In this document: in pieces, positions 1-13,416 of the stretch
Layout: each line of letters begins with the position of its first letter
How positions within the stretch are numbered: the stretch's first letter is position 1
Assembly: GCF_030028105.1 (NCBI RefSeq)
Contig: NC_092379.1
Span: forward strand, 87,097,006-87,161,005
Source of the DNA: Mobula birostris
Lineage: Eukaryota
Reading direction: 5' to 3'
Length of the DNA: 64,000 nucleotides
Program-made: the position numbers and the translations under genes
Notes under the pieces: model-generated
Databases searched by the model: none
What the model saw: only the letters and a program-made list of their open reading frames with translations
Told to the model about the DNA's origin: nothing

Positions 1-114
1 CATGCAGTCTAGTTGGGTGAGATGCAAGGTGCAGGTTTCATAACAGTGGGTGAGGATGCAGTGGAGCTTATGAATTTAAATTATGAATGTTACATGTAAG
101 TGAATATTCATGGA

Positions 115-390
115 CATTATTTATTTATTCAGATACGGTGGTGGGGAATAGGCCCTTCTGGGCCTTTGAGCCACGCCTCCCAGCAATCCCCCAATTTAAT
201 CCTAGCCTAATCAATGGATTCATGGAAAAATTTACAGTGAAGAATGGTATGTCTTTGGAATGTGAGGAGAAACCGGAGCACCCGGAGGAAACTCACGTAG
301 TCACCGGGAGAATGTATAGTCAGCAGTGAGAAGTGAACCCAGGTCACCAGTACTGTAAAGTGTTGTGCTAACCACTATACCACCACGTCC
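115..390 (-). mobile_element. tRNA-derived V-SINE (HE1-like)
   Basis: V-domain-like core (GGAGAAACCGGAGCACCCGGAGGAAACTCACGTAGTCAC on +), tRNA-like head at ~330-390 on -, tail ending AATAAAT on -; related copies at ~11210 and ~15720. Confidence 0.7.
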
Positions 391-786
391 CCATTTTTTG
401 TAGATAAAGATGGAAGTGTAGTGAAGTAAATAATGCCTGAGTGTATAAAGAAGTGCATGATGCCAGCTGATAGTTGAAAATTACATTGGAGCATGCATTC
501 ACTGACCTTGATCGCTGAGCTAGCTGCAATACTACATCCAGGTCTGATGAATCTTGATGCCTGACATTGAGCTCCATAGCTTCTAACCGTAAGTCTTGAG
601 TCCTGACGCCTGTGGATACTTTATCTTTCATATTGTGCTTCCATCGCTGAACCCATTCTCCCCTATTGGTCATTATTTCCAGATTACATTATCTTTCCAC
701 GTATTTTTTTCCCAACCAAAAGACACACCTTCAAGATGAACGTATAAGCTTCAAGTGGAGCAGATCAGCTTTAGCAGGCATTAGCT

Positions 787-1290
787 AAAAGAAATTGCAG
801 ATGCTGGAATCTGGAGGAACAAACACTCTTCAGGAAGAAACAAAAGAAGATCTCCAGATGTTGGAAATACAAGCAACACACACAAAATGCTGGAGGATCT
901 CAGCAGGCCAGGCAGCATCCATGGAAAAAAGTACAGTCACCGTTTTGAGCTAAGACCCTTTGTCAGAGAGCTTCTGGAGGAACATAGCAGGTCAAGCAGC
1001 ATCTGAGAGGGGAAAGAAATTGTCGATGTTTCGGGTCGACACACTGCATCAGTACTGAAAGCGGAGAGGCGGGATGGCAACATAGAGAGGAGAAAAGGAG
1101 TGGTATGAAAGGATTCTGAGGCGCTAGATAGACCACATGGCCTGGGGGAGGTGAGTGAGGGTGGAGGTGGAAGAAGTTGGTGGGGTGGAGTAGTAGGTCA
1201 ATTATAGATGGAGGCAGACAAAAGGGGTGAGAACAAATAAAAAAAACAGCAACAGATGGAGCAAGGTGGGAGAAAGTGTGAAGCTGGGAG
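787..1290 (-). mobile_element. Nested Penelope-like pseudo-LTR/3' UTR fragments
   Basis: Two copies of the GCAGATGCTGGAA...CTGGAGGA..CAGCAGG.CA.GCAGCATC motif shared with the GIY-YIG Penelope at 48090-48940; degenerate hammerhead cores at ~935-970 and ~1020-1056. Confidence 0.7.
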
Positions 1291-2269
1291 ATAGAAGTTT
1301 AATCAAGTGCGCATGTAGTCAGTGCTGGCTGAATGAAGGTATAATTAAAATAATGTGGCTGCACAAAGTTGCTATGTTATTGCATTGCAACAATGGACAT
1401 ACTGTGATGAGAGGCCTAGGCAAGAATGGTAAGGACCCAGGTGCTGGATTATTCAGACGAGAATCGAGACACGATGTCGAGATTGAGACGAGAACAGGGT
1501 TTTTAACTAGATTCTGGATGAGGACCTGACAAGACTAGATGAGAATTCCAAATGTGAGAGAAAACCTAAACGCAATCGCAGACTGAACCAAAGCTGAACA
1601 CCAAATCTGAGTTCTGGTGCTCCTTAAATATCCAAATTCTGGTGCCAAGGCATGGCCACCAATTAGCAGAGCAGGCCAGAATCTTTAAAGGGACTGCACC
1701 TGCTATCCAAACTCCGGAGAACCAGAGTGTCTAAACTCCAGAGGCTGGCGAGGTCGGGTGCGTACAGTAACGCATGCGTCAATTAAATGTCCCTAAGACA
1801 ATGTTCAAGACTGCTCCGTTTCTGATGGTAGTTCCAGAAACATCACCAGAACTAATGTTAGATTTACAGGTCTGCCGTTTTCTTCTGTGCATTTCACTCC
1901 TTATTTTTAATTATGAAATTGACATTAGTAATTCCACAGTTTTCAGACATATATGTGCATACCACCAGATACGTTGGTCAGGCGGGGGGGGGCTTCTTGC
2001 TCCACCAGATAAACTGGACTGCCGATTCAAAGAAGGTAAATGTGGGGGGGGGGGGTCTGTGTTTCATGATAAATACTTCATGCAGCTTGAATGTAATGGT
2101 CTTATCACAATAATGATTAAGTTCTGAGAGAGTTCTCCTCCATGATCCTGACCATAGTTTACATACTGCCAAAGGCTGTATGTAAAAACTCAATGTATTG
2201 AGTTCCGTGATTAGCAAACAAGAAACAACCTACCATGATGCCTTTCAGATTGTTGCCAGGGATTTCAAT

Positions 2270-5200
2270 CACAGTTGCATGAAGAAATCAGGGTGGCGGG
2301 AGGGGCTATAAGGTGCTCCTTCCCTCTGGTAGCCTGCATGTCACCCTTGGGCAAGGTGTAACACCTGCTTTGCCCCCCATCAGGGTAAGTGAAGCCATGG
2401 GTGTAGGTGGTGGATGGTTGTATGAGCAGCTGGTGCATATCACAAGTCCTGGTTATGTGAACATTGACAACAGGCAGACAATCTCTGAACAGTAGATGAG
2501 GTAGGAGCGTGGATCAGTACTTGGAGCTATGATGTTGTGACCATTACAGACATCTGAGTGGCTGAGGAGCAGTAATGGCTACTCAGAGTGCCAGGCTTTA
2601 GATTTTAGATGTTTTATGAAAGGACGGGAGGTGGGGGTGGGACAGAAGAGGTGGGGGCCTGGCACTGCTGATCAGAGATAATGTCAGGGCCGCAGAAAAG
2701 GAGGAAGTCATGGAGGAATTGTCTACTGAGTCTCTGTGGGTGGAGGTTAGGAACAGGAAGGTGTCAGTAACTCTACTGGGTGTATTTTATAGACTATCCA
2801 ATAGTAACAGGGACATTGAGGAACAGATAGGGAGACAGATTCTGGAAAAGTGTAAAAATAACAGGGCTGTCGTGGTGGGAGATTTTAATTTCCCAAATAT
2901 TGATTGGCATCTCCCTTGAGCAAGGGGTTTAGATGGGGTGAGTTTGTTAGGTGTGTTCAAGAAGGTTTCCTGACACAATATGTAGATAAGCCAACAAGAG
3001 AAGAGGCTGTACTTGATCTGGTATTGGGAAATGAACCTGGTCAGGTGTCAGGTCTCTCAGTGGGAGAGCATTTTGGAGATAGTGATCACAATTCTATCTC
3101 CTTTAGAGAGAAGGCATTGGAGAAGGATAGGAACAGACAAGTTAGGAAAGTGTTTAATTGGAGTAAGGGGAAATATGAAGGTATCAGGCAGGAACTTGGA
3201 AGCATAAATTGCAAACGGATGTTCTCAGGGAAATGTACGGCAGAAATGTGGCAAATGTTCAGGGGATATTTGCGTGGCATTCTGCGTAGGTACGTTCCAA
3301 TGAGACAAGGAAAGAACAGTAGGGTACAGGAACCACGGTGTACAAAGGCTGTTGAAAGTCTAGTCAAGAAGAAACGAAAAGCTTACAAAAGTTTAAAAAA
3401 ACTGGGTAACGATAGCGATCTAGAAGATTATAAGGCTAGCAGGAAGGAGTTTAAGAATGAAATTAGGAGAGTCAGAAGGGGCCATGAGAAGGCCTTGGCG
3501 AGCAGGATTAAGGAGAACCCCAAGGCATTCTACAAGTATGTGCAGAGCAAGAGGATAAAACATGAGAGAATAGGGCCAATCAAGTGTGACAGTAGAAAAG
3601 TGTGTACAGAATTCTGGAGGAGATATCAGAGATACTTAATGAATACGTTGCTTCAGAATTCACTATGGAAAAGGATCTTGGCGAATGTAGGGATGACTTA
3701 CAATGGATTGAAAAGCTTGAGCAGATAGACATTAAGAAAGAGGCTGTGCTTAGCTTTTGGAAAGCATCAAGTTGGATAAATCACCGGGACTAGATGAGAT
3801 GTACCCCAGGCTACTGCGGGAGGCGAGGGAGGAGATTGCTGAGCCTCTGGCAATGATCTTTGCATCATCAATGGGGACGTGCGAGGTTCCAGATGACTGG
3901 AGGGTTGCAGATGTTGTTCCATTATTCAAGAAAGGGAGTAGAGATAGCCCAGGAAATTATAGACCAGTGAGACTTACCTCATTGGTTGGTAAGTTGATGG
4001 AAAAGATCCTGAGAAGCAGATCTATGAATATTTGAGAGACGTAGTATGATTACGAGTAGTCAGCATGGCTTTGTCAAAGGCAGGTCATGCTTTAGGAGCC
4101 TGATTGAATTTTTTTTTGAGGATGTGACTAAATACATTGATGAAGGTGGAACAGTGGATGTAGTGTATATGGATTTCAGCAAGGCATTTGATAAGGTACC
4201 TCATGCAAGGTTTATTGAGAAAGTAAGGAGGCACGGGATCCAAGGGGACCTTGCTTTGTAGATTCAGAATTGACTTGCTCACAGAAGACAAATAGTGGTT
4301 GTAGATGGGTCATATTCTGCATGGAAGTCAGTGACCAGTTGTGTGCGCTAGGGATCTGCTCTGGGACCATTTCTCTTCATAATTTTTATAAATGACCTTG
4401 ATGAGCAAGTGAAGGGATGGGTTAATAAATTTGCTGATGACACAAAGGTTGGGGGTGTTGTGGATAGTGTGGAGGGCTGTCAGAGGTTACAGCAGGACAT
4501 TGATAGGATGCAAAACTGGGCTGAGAAGTGGCAGATGAAGTTCAAACCAGAGAAGTGTGAAGTGGTTCATTTCCATAGGTCAAATATGATGGCAGAATAT
4601 AGTATTAATGGTAAGACTTTTGGCAGTGTGGAGGATCAGAGGGATCTTGGGGTCCGAATCCATAGACACTCAAATCTGCTGCGTAGGTTGACTGTGTGGT
4701 TAAGAAGGTACTCGGTGCATTGCCCTTCATCAACCATGGGATTGAGTTCAAGAGCTGAGAGGTAATGCTGCAGCTAGTCTGGTCAGACCCCACTTGGAGT
4801 ATTGTGCTCAGTTCTGGTCACCTCACTACAGGAAGGATGTGGAAACTATAGAAAGGCTGCAGAGGAGATTTACAAAGATGTTGCCTGGATTGGGGAGCAT
4901 GCCTTATGAGAATAGCTTGAGAGAACTCGGCCTTTTCTCCTTGGAGCGGCAGAGGATGAGAGGTGATCTGATAGAGGCGTATAAGATATGAGAGGCATTG
5001 ATCATGTGGATAGTCAGAGGCTTTTTCCCAGAGCTGAAATGGCTAACACTAGAGGGCACAGTTTTAAAGTGCTTGGAAGTAGGTACAGAGGAGAAGACAG
5101 TGGTAGGATTTTTATGCAGAGAGTGGTGAGTGCGTGGAATGGGCTGCCAGTACCAGTGGTGGAGGTAGATATGATAGGGTCTTTTAAGAGACTCCTGGAT

Positions 5201-5495
5201 AGGTACATGGAGCTTAGGAAAATAGAGGGCTATGGGTAACTCTAGGTAATTTCTAAAGTAAGTACATATTTGGCACGGCATTGTTGGCTGAAGGGCCTGT
5301 ATTGTGCTGTAGCTTTTCTATGCTTCTGTGTTTCTAGTATTGAAAATGCCTGGGGTCTCCAGCCTTATAAAGGCACTGCTCAAAGAAGGCAATGGTAAAT
5401 CACTTCTGTAAGAAGATTTGCCAAAAACAATCATGGTCAAAGAGCATGATCACTCACGTTTTTTGACACAGCATATAATAATGATGACGATTATG
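2270..5495 (+). mobile_element. RTE-tailed short element split by a CR1 insertion (halves 2270-2494 and 5336-5495)
   Basis: 3' half has an RTE/BovB-like GAAGGCAATGGTAAATCACTTCTGTA motif and a TGA-repeat tail; halves rejoin at a duplicated AGTA. Confidence 0.55.
2495..5335 (+). mobile_element. CR1 LINE, 5'-truncated, frameshifted ORF2 (APE endonuclease + RT)
   Basis: ORF pieces VVGDFNFPNIDW, LDLVL, SDHNSI, KSPGLDEMYPR, PGNYRPV, QHGFVKGRSC, YMDFSKAFDKVPH, KFADDTK, EYCAQFWSP; tail TTTCTATGCTTCTGTGTTTCT; candidate TSD AGTA at 2491-2494/5336-5339. Confidence 0.95.
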
Positions 5496-5569
5496 AAATC
5501 TCTATCTAATTATCTTCAACATATCACCTGCAACACCATGGGTCCCAACACATTCAACCACTGCTACAT

Positions 5570-6212
5570 TACCATAACTTTGGCAAGCTTCTATAGATGC
5601 ACAGTAGAGAGTATACTGACTGGTTGCATCATACCCTGGTATAGAAACACCAATGTCCTTGAATAGAAAAGCTACAAAATGTAGTGGATACAGCTCTGTC
5701 CATTATGGGTAAAGCCCTCCCCACCATTGAGCACATCTACAAACAGCATCCATCATCAGAACCCTGATCATCCAGGCCATGCTTTCTTCTCAATGCTGCC
5801 ATCAGGAAGGAAGCACAGATGTCTCAAGTGCCACACCACTTGATTTAGGAACAGTTATTACCCCCTAACCAACAGGCATTTGAACCAGAGGGGATAACTT
5901 CACTCAACTGCACTCAACCCATCATTGAACTGTTCCAACAACCTGTAGGCTTACTTTCAAGAGCTCTTCACCTCATATTCTCAATATCTGTTGCTTATTT
6001 ATTTATCTTTATTATTTTGTTTGTGTTTCAGAATTTTGTATTTGCACCATTTGTTATCTTCTGCACATTGGTCGTTCGCCCATCTTGTGTTCTGGTTCTC
6101 TATTGTCTTTCAATGTATTTACTGTGAATTTCTACAAGAAATTAAATCTCAGGGTAGTATACAGTGACATATATGTATATATTCAGATAATAAATTTACT
6201 TTGAACTTTGAA
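5570..6212 (+). mobile_element. Rex1/Babar-like LINE 3' fragment
   Basis: FYRCTVESILTGCIIPWY and HPGHAFFSMLPSGR motifs; tail AATAAATTTACTTTGAACTTTGAA. Confidence 0.85.
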
Positions 6213-6364
6213 TCTTTTACTCTTAAACTTAAAACATTTTGGAAAGTTATGCCCAAAGCTTCAGCATTTTATTCACTAATTATTTGAAAAGCCTGGAGTG
6301 GAAATCAGAGGAATTTTCTTAAAGAAATTGTATCTACTCAGTTCCAAGACTTATTTTAGCTTGC

Positions 6365-6500
6365 TCATGCCTGAAGAAGGGTCTCAGCCTGAAACTTCGG
6401 CTGTTTATTCATTTCCATTGGTGTTGCCTGACCTGCTGGGTTCCTCCAGTATTTTGTGTATGTTGCACTAGATTTCCAGCATCTGCAAAATCTCTTGTGT
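6365..6500 (+). mobile_element. Penelope pseudo-LTR with hammerhead-like core
   Basis: CTGAAGA-AGG-GTCTCAG-CCT-GAAA-CTTC at 6371-6398, followed by the family pLTR sequence; stems I and III degraded. Confidence 0.75.
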
Positions 6501-6649
6501 ACATGCTAGCAGTATTTTGTTCTCTTTCTCCATCGTTAAAACAGAAATAGAATATTAATTCAGAAAATTTTGCAATTTCCTTAATATAAAAGCAGAACAA
6601 TGTAGATGCTAGGAAATTGAAATAAAAACAGTGACATTTATCTGCACTT

Positions 6650-6922
6650 ATCCTTATTGCCCAACACTGCTTTGCTTATTTTTGCCTTTGAAATGTAGAG
6701 TTTTCTCTGATATTTTAATAGGTTTTTGAAGTTTTGCTTTGCTATCAATTTTTCACGCATTTTTAGGATTTTTAATGCTTTTGTAGCTCTTCATAATCTC
6801 TGGAGTTGCAGCATCTTTTGAATAACTATAAATTCTTTAGCATGAGAGTTGGAAAACTATACCATATGCAGAAAAATTTGGTGAGAACAATTTGTGTTAA
6901 AGTTGGAGTTTTCATGAATGAT
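6650..6922 (-). pseudogene. Candidate decayed exon of unidentified host gene (K-rich)
   Basis: Acceptor CTTTTTCAG; translation includes YSKDAATPEIMKSYKSIKNPKNA*KIDSKAKLQKPIKISEKTLHFKGKNKQSSVGQ*. Confidence 0.4.
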
Positions 6923-7399
6923 CTGAAAAAGTCAGATTGTAATGTGCAGTTAAAATAGATAACTTGCCCACTCCAGTTTAAACTTCTCCTGTTGTTTCCA
7001 ATGTTAACCTGCTTGGTTAATGTAACAGTTGAGACATATCCCTGAAGAATCTGAGAGTTTTATGAAATTTAATACTTCTTGCATCAATTGTTTCAAACAG
7101 GCATTTTACATGACTTAAGGTGGGAAATCACCAAGTCAAGAAAGTTAGAAACTGGATGAAGGTAAGAAGAATATTTTCCTCTAGAGCAGGTGTGTTCCTT
7201 GAAGCCCCTCAAGAAATGTCAGTCTCTCCCTCCCCTGAAATCCATCTTCACCTCACCCTGTCCTATTCCCAACCCACTCAAAGTTCTTCCAGAACTTCTC
7301 AAAAGACCACTTACATGAATGGGGTCAAACTTTGATTCATTCTTGCATCATTCCATTTAAGTCAGGACGGGCAGTTCAACATATGGAGAATTAGCTCAC

Positions 7400-7546
7400 C
7401 TGAAACTGTTCTTCACCGAAGTACTGATCAAAGTGGAATTCCACCTACTACCTTTCCCTGCATGATCTTCAGTAAAACTATACACCTGTTCTTTGTAAGA
7501 ATCCTTAAGATTTTGCAACATAAGGAATGCAGAAGCTAATTTTCTC
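7400..7546 (-). pseudogene. Candidate exon, 147 nt, open, phase 2-2
   Basis: CAG acceptor (weak pyrimidine tract), donor CAG|GTGAGC; RKLASAFLMLQNLKDSYKEQVYSFTEDHAGKGSRWNSTLISTSVKNSF. Confidence 0.5.
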
Positions 7547-8175
7547 CTGCTGCTGCAGTAACTAATGATTCAGAGACACAATTTTCCATCTTGTCATGAT
7601 AGCTGTAGGGTTTAAATTCTGTTAATTAACTGTGTTGGATTATTGTAAGAACTCCTCAGGTTTGCTAAATCCTTGAGGGAAGGAAGTCTACTTCCCTGGT
7701 TTGACCTATAAGTGTCTGCCAACTTACAGAAATATGGTTGACTGAACTGCATTTCATTACACTAGTAAACCACAAAACTCATGGATAATTAGCAGTAGCC
7801 AATGAATGCCAGCATTTGCAACTTGTCAGTGAATAAGGATACAGGAGAAACTCAGGAGATAAGTTATTCCAATACCTTGCATTTGCAGTGCATTTAAGAT
7901 TCATGTTTTAACCTGGATGGATGTCATTTTTAAATATCTCCTTACAAAAAGAGGCTACAATATTCCCAAATAAACTCAACAAGTGCATTTCTCCTTAAAA
8001 GGACAAAATTAAGCACCAGGTAAGTGAAATTGTCAGCAGTAAGGTCTTCAGGGAAACAATGTGATACGTTTTAATGGGACAAGTCTCTTCCCTTACCATT
8101 GACAATAGCAAAAGATGGAGCAGAATCTAAAATAGGAAAAGGGAATTGCATGATAAATATAAGTATTCATCTTAC

Positions 8176-8268
8176 CTTTCTGCACTTTCAAGTATGTTCT
8201 GTTGCCAGATTATTTGACACAAAATGTTTTTGACTTTTGGTATCTATAAGATTGCTGTCCTCTGTGAA
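8176..8268 (-). pseudogene. Candidate exon, 93 nt, one internal stop
   Basis: ATTTCAG acceptor, donor AAG|GTAAGA; phase-2 frame SQRTAIL*IPKVKNILCQIIWQQNILESAE is compatible with the 7400-7546 exon. Confidence 0.45.
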
Positions 8269-8556
8269 CTGAAATGCCCCAGCAAACATAATCACATACT
8301 GCTATTTTTAAACTGAAATTAATTTTTGTTTACCCATTTAGTACCCAGTCACAGAAAAATTGTGTTACTAATTTTCTATCACTGCTCTTGCGAAAAACTG
8401 AGACAAAACACTTCAGCAAATTTGATCCCTTGAGTATAAAGGCATCTGTAACTTCCTTTAATGTTATAATTGTTTCTGGTACATAGCAAAGTGCCAGACA
8501 AAGGAAGGCTATCTTTAAAGAGATAAGCTGAACGTTAAAGAATTTTAAGTTTCATA

Positions 8557-9836
8557 TCAAGTCAAGTCACTTTTTATTGTCATTTCGACCATAACTGCTG
8601 GTACAGTACACAGTAAAAACGAGACAACATTTTTCAGGACCATGGTGCTACATGAACAACACAAAAACTACACCAGACTACAGACCTACCCAAGACTGCA
8701 TAAAGCGCACAGAACAGTGCAGGCATCACAATAAATAATTATCAAGACAATAGTCACAGTAGAGGGCAGTAGGTTGGTGTCAATCCAGGCTCTGGGTATT
8801 GAGGAGTCTGATGGTTTGGGGGAAGAAACTGTTACATAGTCTGGTCGTGAGAGCCTGAATACTTCGGTGCCTCTTGCCAGATGGCAGGAGGGAGAAGAGT
8901 TTGTATGAGGGGTGTGTGGGGTCCTTACGGATGCAGCATGTTGTGTAAATGTCTGTAATGGCGGGAAGAGAGACCCCGATGATCTTCTCAGCTGACCTCA
9001 CTATCTGCTGCAGGGTCTTGCAATCCAAGATGGTGCAATTTCCGAACCAGGCAGTGATGCAGCTGCTCAGGATGCTCTCAATACAACCTCTGTAGAATGT
9101 GGTGAGAATGGGTGGTGGGAGATGGACTTTTCTCAGCCTTCGCAGAAAGTAGAGATGCTGCTGGGCTTACTTTGTTATGGAGCTGGTGTTGAGGGACTGG
9201 GTGAGATTCTCCGCCAAGTGAAAACCAAGAAATTTGATGCTCTTAACGATCTCTACGGAGGAGTCGTCGATGTTCAGCGGAGAGTGGTTCCATGTCTTCC
9301 TGAAGTCAACAACCACCTCTTTTGTTTTGTTCACATTCAGAGACAGGTTGTTGGTTCTGCACCAGTCCGTTAGCCGTTGCACCTCCTCTCTGTATGCTGA
9401 CTCATCGTTCTTGCTGATGAACCCACTACGGTCGCGTCATCGGCTAACTTGATGATGTGGTTCGAGCTGTGCGTTGCAGCACAGTCGTGGGTCAGCAGAG
9501 TGAACAGCAGTGGACTGAGCACACAGCCCTGGGGGGCCCCCATGCTCAGTGCGATGGTGTTGGAGGTGCTGCTTCCAGTCGAGTCTGACTGAGATCTCCC
9601 AGTCAGGAAGTCTAGGATCCAGTTGCAGAGGGAGGTGTTCAGGCCCAGTAGGCTCAGCTATCCACTCGTTTTCTGAGGAATGATTGTGTTGAATGCTGAA
9701 CTGAAGTCTATGAACAGCATTCGAACATACATGTCTTTTTAGTCTAGGTGGGTTGGGGCCAGGTGGAGGGTGATGGCAATGGCATCTTCTGTTGAACGGT
9801 TGGGACAGTACACGAACTGCAGGGGTCCGGTGAGGG
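8557..9836 (-). mobile_element. Rex1/Babar-like LINE RT, 5'-truncated
   Basis: TDWCRTNNLSLNVNKTKEVVVDFRK, LLPSGKR...[21 protein letters not shown] region; tail AATAAAAAGTGACTTGACTTGA. Confidence 0.92.
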
Positions 9837-10474
9837 GAAAAATTGAATCTTTGCACCATTTTACAAAGAATATGTCAAGCATTCCCAAAAGTCTTGTTAA
9901 ACCACTCCTGGCTCCCCACTGGTCAATATATCCCAGCCATGACCACGGAGTGAAACAGGGACCAATACTGGTTGTTATTTCAGAGTTCCATTCCTATCTA
10001 TAGACCAATTTGTAAGTCAGAAACATCCATTTTCTATAGTGGCACATATCATAATGCTATACAAACATTCTCCTATAACTAACTCATATCATATTGCTTT
10101 ATGAACACCAGTTCTTTCATTCTGTCGAATACTCACTCTAACACCATCCATTATATATACTGTATCCAGTCATTAATGAAAATACAAAGCATCTTATTAT
10201 CACTATGACTTGCTTTATTATTTTTATTAATGTTTTAAAAATATATTGGAGTATTTGCTTAATGTCAGTTTTGTGTAAGTTAGGTCATCCTAAATCTGTG
10301 GACCTCTTGCCATTCCCAGATTTACAAATTTCTGTCAACCTTCACATGAGAATGCCATGTATAATACATTCAATGCCTTTATATTTTTCATTTTTTCTCA
10401 CAACACAGGAGGCCCTTCAGAGCAATTCTAAACCCACAACTCATTTCCATGTAGCCCAGTCTCTCTCATATCCC

Positions 10475-11157
10475 TGTTGTGGCTGTGATCAAAGTTACTG
10501 GAGAGACAATAAAGCTGGTGATACAGTATAAAGTTTTTATTCGCAAGCAGGCTTCTTTTTTGGAGACATTCTTGGTAGAGGTTCATAAACCCAAAGGTAT
10601 AGCTCAATTATTATAGCCTTAAGATCAAAAGTAACCACAGGTAATTCAATACAATTTCAATAGTAACAATGACATTGTTTATTTCAATATTTTGGGTTGA
10701 CAAATGGTTCCTTTGAGATACATAGTAGAAGTACATTGTAACTGATAAGATACCTCTGAAGGTCCAAATTCCTTTGGGAGAAACTACTTAACACAAATAT
10801 TCTAAAATACTTCTGATGACAGAGAGCCAGAGGCCCAAAATTAGTGATATCAGGGTTGTGTCTGAGTACACAAATATGGTATGCATAAAAAAAACTTGAT
10901 TGCCTATATCTGTGACCGTGTTTTATATGCTAGGTGACACTATCTATCTGATCTGCCAGCTTGAACTCAAGTAATTTAGCCATGTTGCTTGGATAGATGT
11001 AACCCAATTAACACAAGCCCTTTGTCTTAATGTTTGGCTCTTGTATATGCAATCTTTTAGCCTGTAGGCCAGTTAACTTCAATTTCCTGCTTGCAATTTA
11101 CAATAAGAACTAAAGAATGATTGTTGTTTGAATTAATATCTATTATACCCTCATAAC
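10475..11157 (-). mobile_element. Probable 3' LTR of the adjacent endogenous retrovirus
   Basis: Ends ...CCACAACA on -, AATAAA on - at 10536-10541 near the end, lies just downstream of the ERV integrase; 5' boundary degraded. Confidence 0.55.
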
Positions 11158-11209
11158 CCCGGAATACTTTCTAACATAGAAATCTGTCCCAGGAAGACCA
11201 AAATTTGTT

Positions 11210-11400
11210 GATTTATTGAGATACAGCGTGGAATAGGTCCTTCTGGTCCTTTGAACCATGCTACCCAGCAATCCCCCAATTTAATTTTAGCCTAATCATG
11301 GGATCATTTAGAATGACCAATTAACATACTGGCTGGATTCAAACCTGGGACCATTTACCTCGATATCCAGTGCTTATGCCACTACAACACCAGCCAGTGC
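11210..11400 (-). mobile_element. SINE fragment(s), HE1/V-SINE-like 3' end
   Basis: Matches 115-220 (GGAATAGG.CCTTCTGG...CCCAGCAATCCCCCAATTTAAT); tRNA-like head at ~11335-11397. Confidence 0.65.
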
Positions 11401-13416
11401 AGTTACTGTTATACTTTAAGCTTTATTCGTGATTCCCCAATGTGCTCTCTCTCTGTCTTCTACATTTTTATTTCCATTCACTTTCATCTGTGGGTCTACT
11501 CCAGCTGGGTGTGGTCAGATGTGATGCAGTAGGCTGGTGTTAATCACTTAGATTTTCTGTAATGACATTGTTAAATGGTGGGTTTGATCCCTTATTCTGT
11601 CTGAAGGTGACAAGAAAGTGAGTATTATGCTTTTAACTTGAGACCAGTGTTTCCACCGGCTGCCTAGCCATGTCTGTGCTCAAACACAAGTATCATTTGT
11701 CAGAAGCACTACCTGTGGTTCCATTCACCTGGGAGAGAAACCTGTCTTTTCAACCAGTTTCCTTACCCATGACTTGGTCTCCCAGCTGTGGGAGGATTGC
11801 TTTCTCTGATCAGCAATGTATTGCTGTTGTTTTGTTCAGGCCTTCAGCACGTTAAGATAGTTACAGAGGTCCTTACATACAGCGTTACTTTATCCCTATA
11901 TGTTCCAGATACACCACAACACATAATTGCCCCATAAGGGAGTCCCCGTGCTTGCCACTTCAATAATTCATAGGGGCTAAAACCCAGCTTGTGGCTTGGG
12001 GTTACTCACAATCACGTCAGGATTCCTGGCAATATATCAACCCATGTCTTTTACATCTCTGTTATTCTGTAGCTTCAGATGTTGTAGTGTTGATTATTAG
12101 GTTTATGCTTCCTACCGTTCCTGAGCTCTGAGGGTGGTGGGGTACATGGAATCATTGTCAAACCCCAACAGCTTATCACTTTCCCTGTGAAATGAGGTCC
12201 CTGATCCAAGTCCACCTGGGCTGGGGTTCCCCACCTGGGGAGGATTTCTTGAGCTAAAATCTGTGCTGCTATGCTGTTGGCACAATCTCCCATTGGGGAA
12301 GCCTCTACCCACCGGGTGAAGTGATACATGATCACTAACGGCATCTTTTCCCTTTCATTTTGGCAGGGGGCCCCATGGATGTTTTCCCCAAGGCTCCTTC
12401 AGCTGTAGCCAGTCTGCTAGCCACACCTTTACTCCTCCACCAGTGTTATATTGGGTACAAATGATAAATGTCTGACAAAATTTCTCAACATCTCTCTCCA
12501 TCCCTCGTCATCTCCAAGACTGCTGGAGGGTCATGATCACATTGTACCTTCCCTGATGCATTGTCCCATGATATACAGTGATTTTAGCAGTACCTGCCTA
12601 ACGTGTGCTAGAACTACAGCTACTCATTCCCCATGTGTCCAACTACCATCTGGTCCCTCCTCTGCTCCTCCACATCTCCACTTCTTTTCTACTGTCTCCA
12701 TATAGTTTTACTAGATTGACTTCAGTAGGTTTTCCTTCTCTGCTGGCAATTTCTGTTGGCCTGTGTTCTTCTGCTGCTCTTTTTGCCCTGAGGTCTTCCC
12801 ACTCATACCCTCCCTTCATGCTCCTTACTTTCCCATCTCTGTTGAGCCTTTACTTTAATCACTGCTACCTCTGCAATCAACTGTGCTTTGCAGATCTTGT
12901 ATTCAGTGCCTATGCTAAGTACCTGCCGCCATTGAGGTAATAAACCCCAGGTAATCATACACCACCCCAAAAGCATATCTAATGTCTGTGTAGATATTTA
13001 CTTTCCTCCCTGGCTGTAATGTAGTGCTCCCATTAAAGCCACAAATTCTGTCACCTGAGCTGAACTTCCTCCTGGGAGTGGCCTGAGTCTAATGCCTCAT
13101 CTGTCACAGTCACCACAGCCCATCCAGTCCATAGCTTCCCATTTATGTTCCTTCAGAACCCTTCTGTAAAATTCCTCTCTACTTCCCCTTCCAGCAGTAT
13201 TTCCCTTACACCAGTATCATCCTCCTGCTCCATTTCCATTTGGCACTCGTGTGCCTTCCCCTCTGTTAGGATGGTACGTGCGAGGTTCCCTCCAGTGTCA
13301 TTCACCGTTGTTACTGATTTGTCTTTGGGGATGAGAACTTCCTCCCGAACTGTCCTCCGACTGTCTGTGACTGCTCTCAGCCTCCCTGTATTTAGGAGCT
13401 CTGTAAAGCTGTGTGA

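Noticed and set aside
1403-1766. Possible solo LTR (TG...CA, CpG-rich, short internal repeats)
   Set aside because: Flanks CATAC and GTAAC do not form a TSD and there is no second copy in the window, so the boundaries are unsupported.
1981-2055. Two long G-runs (possible G-quadruplex) and the overlapping 117-aa ORF
   Set aside because: Simple homopolymers prone to slippage; the ORF has no recognisable motif or splice context.
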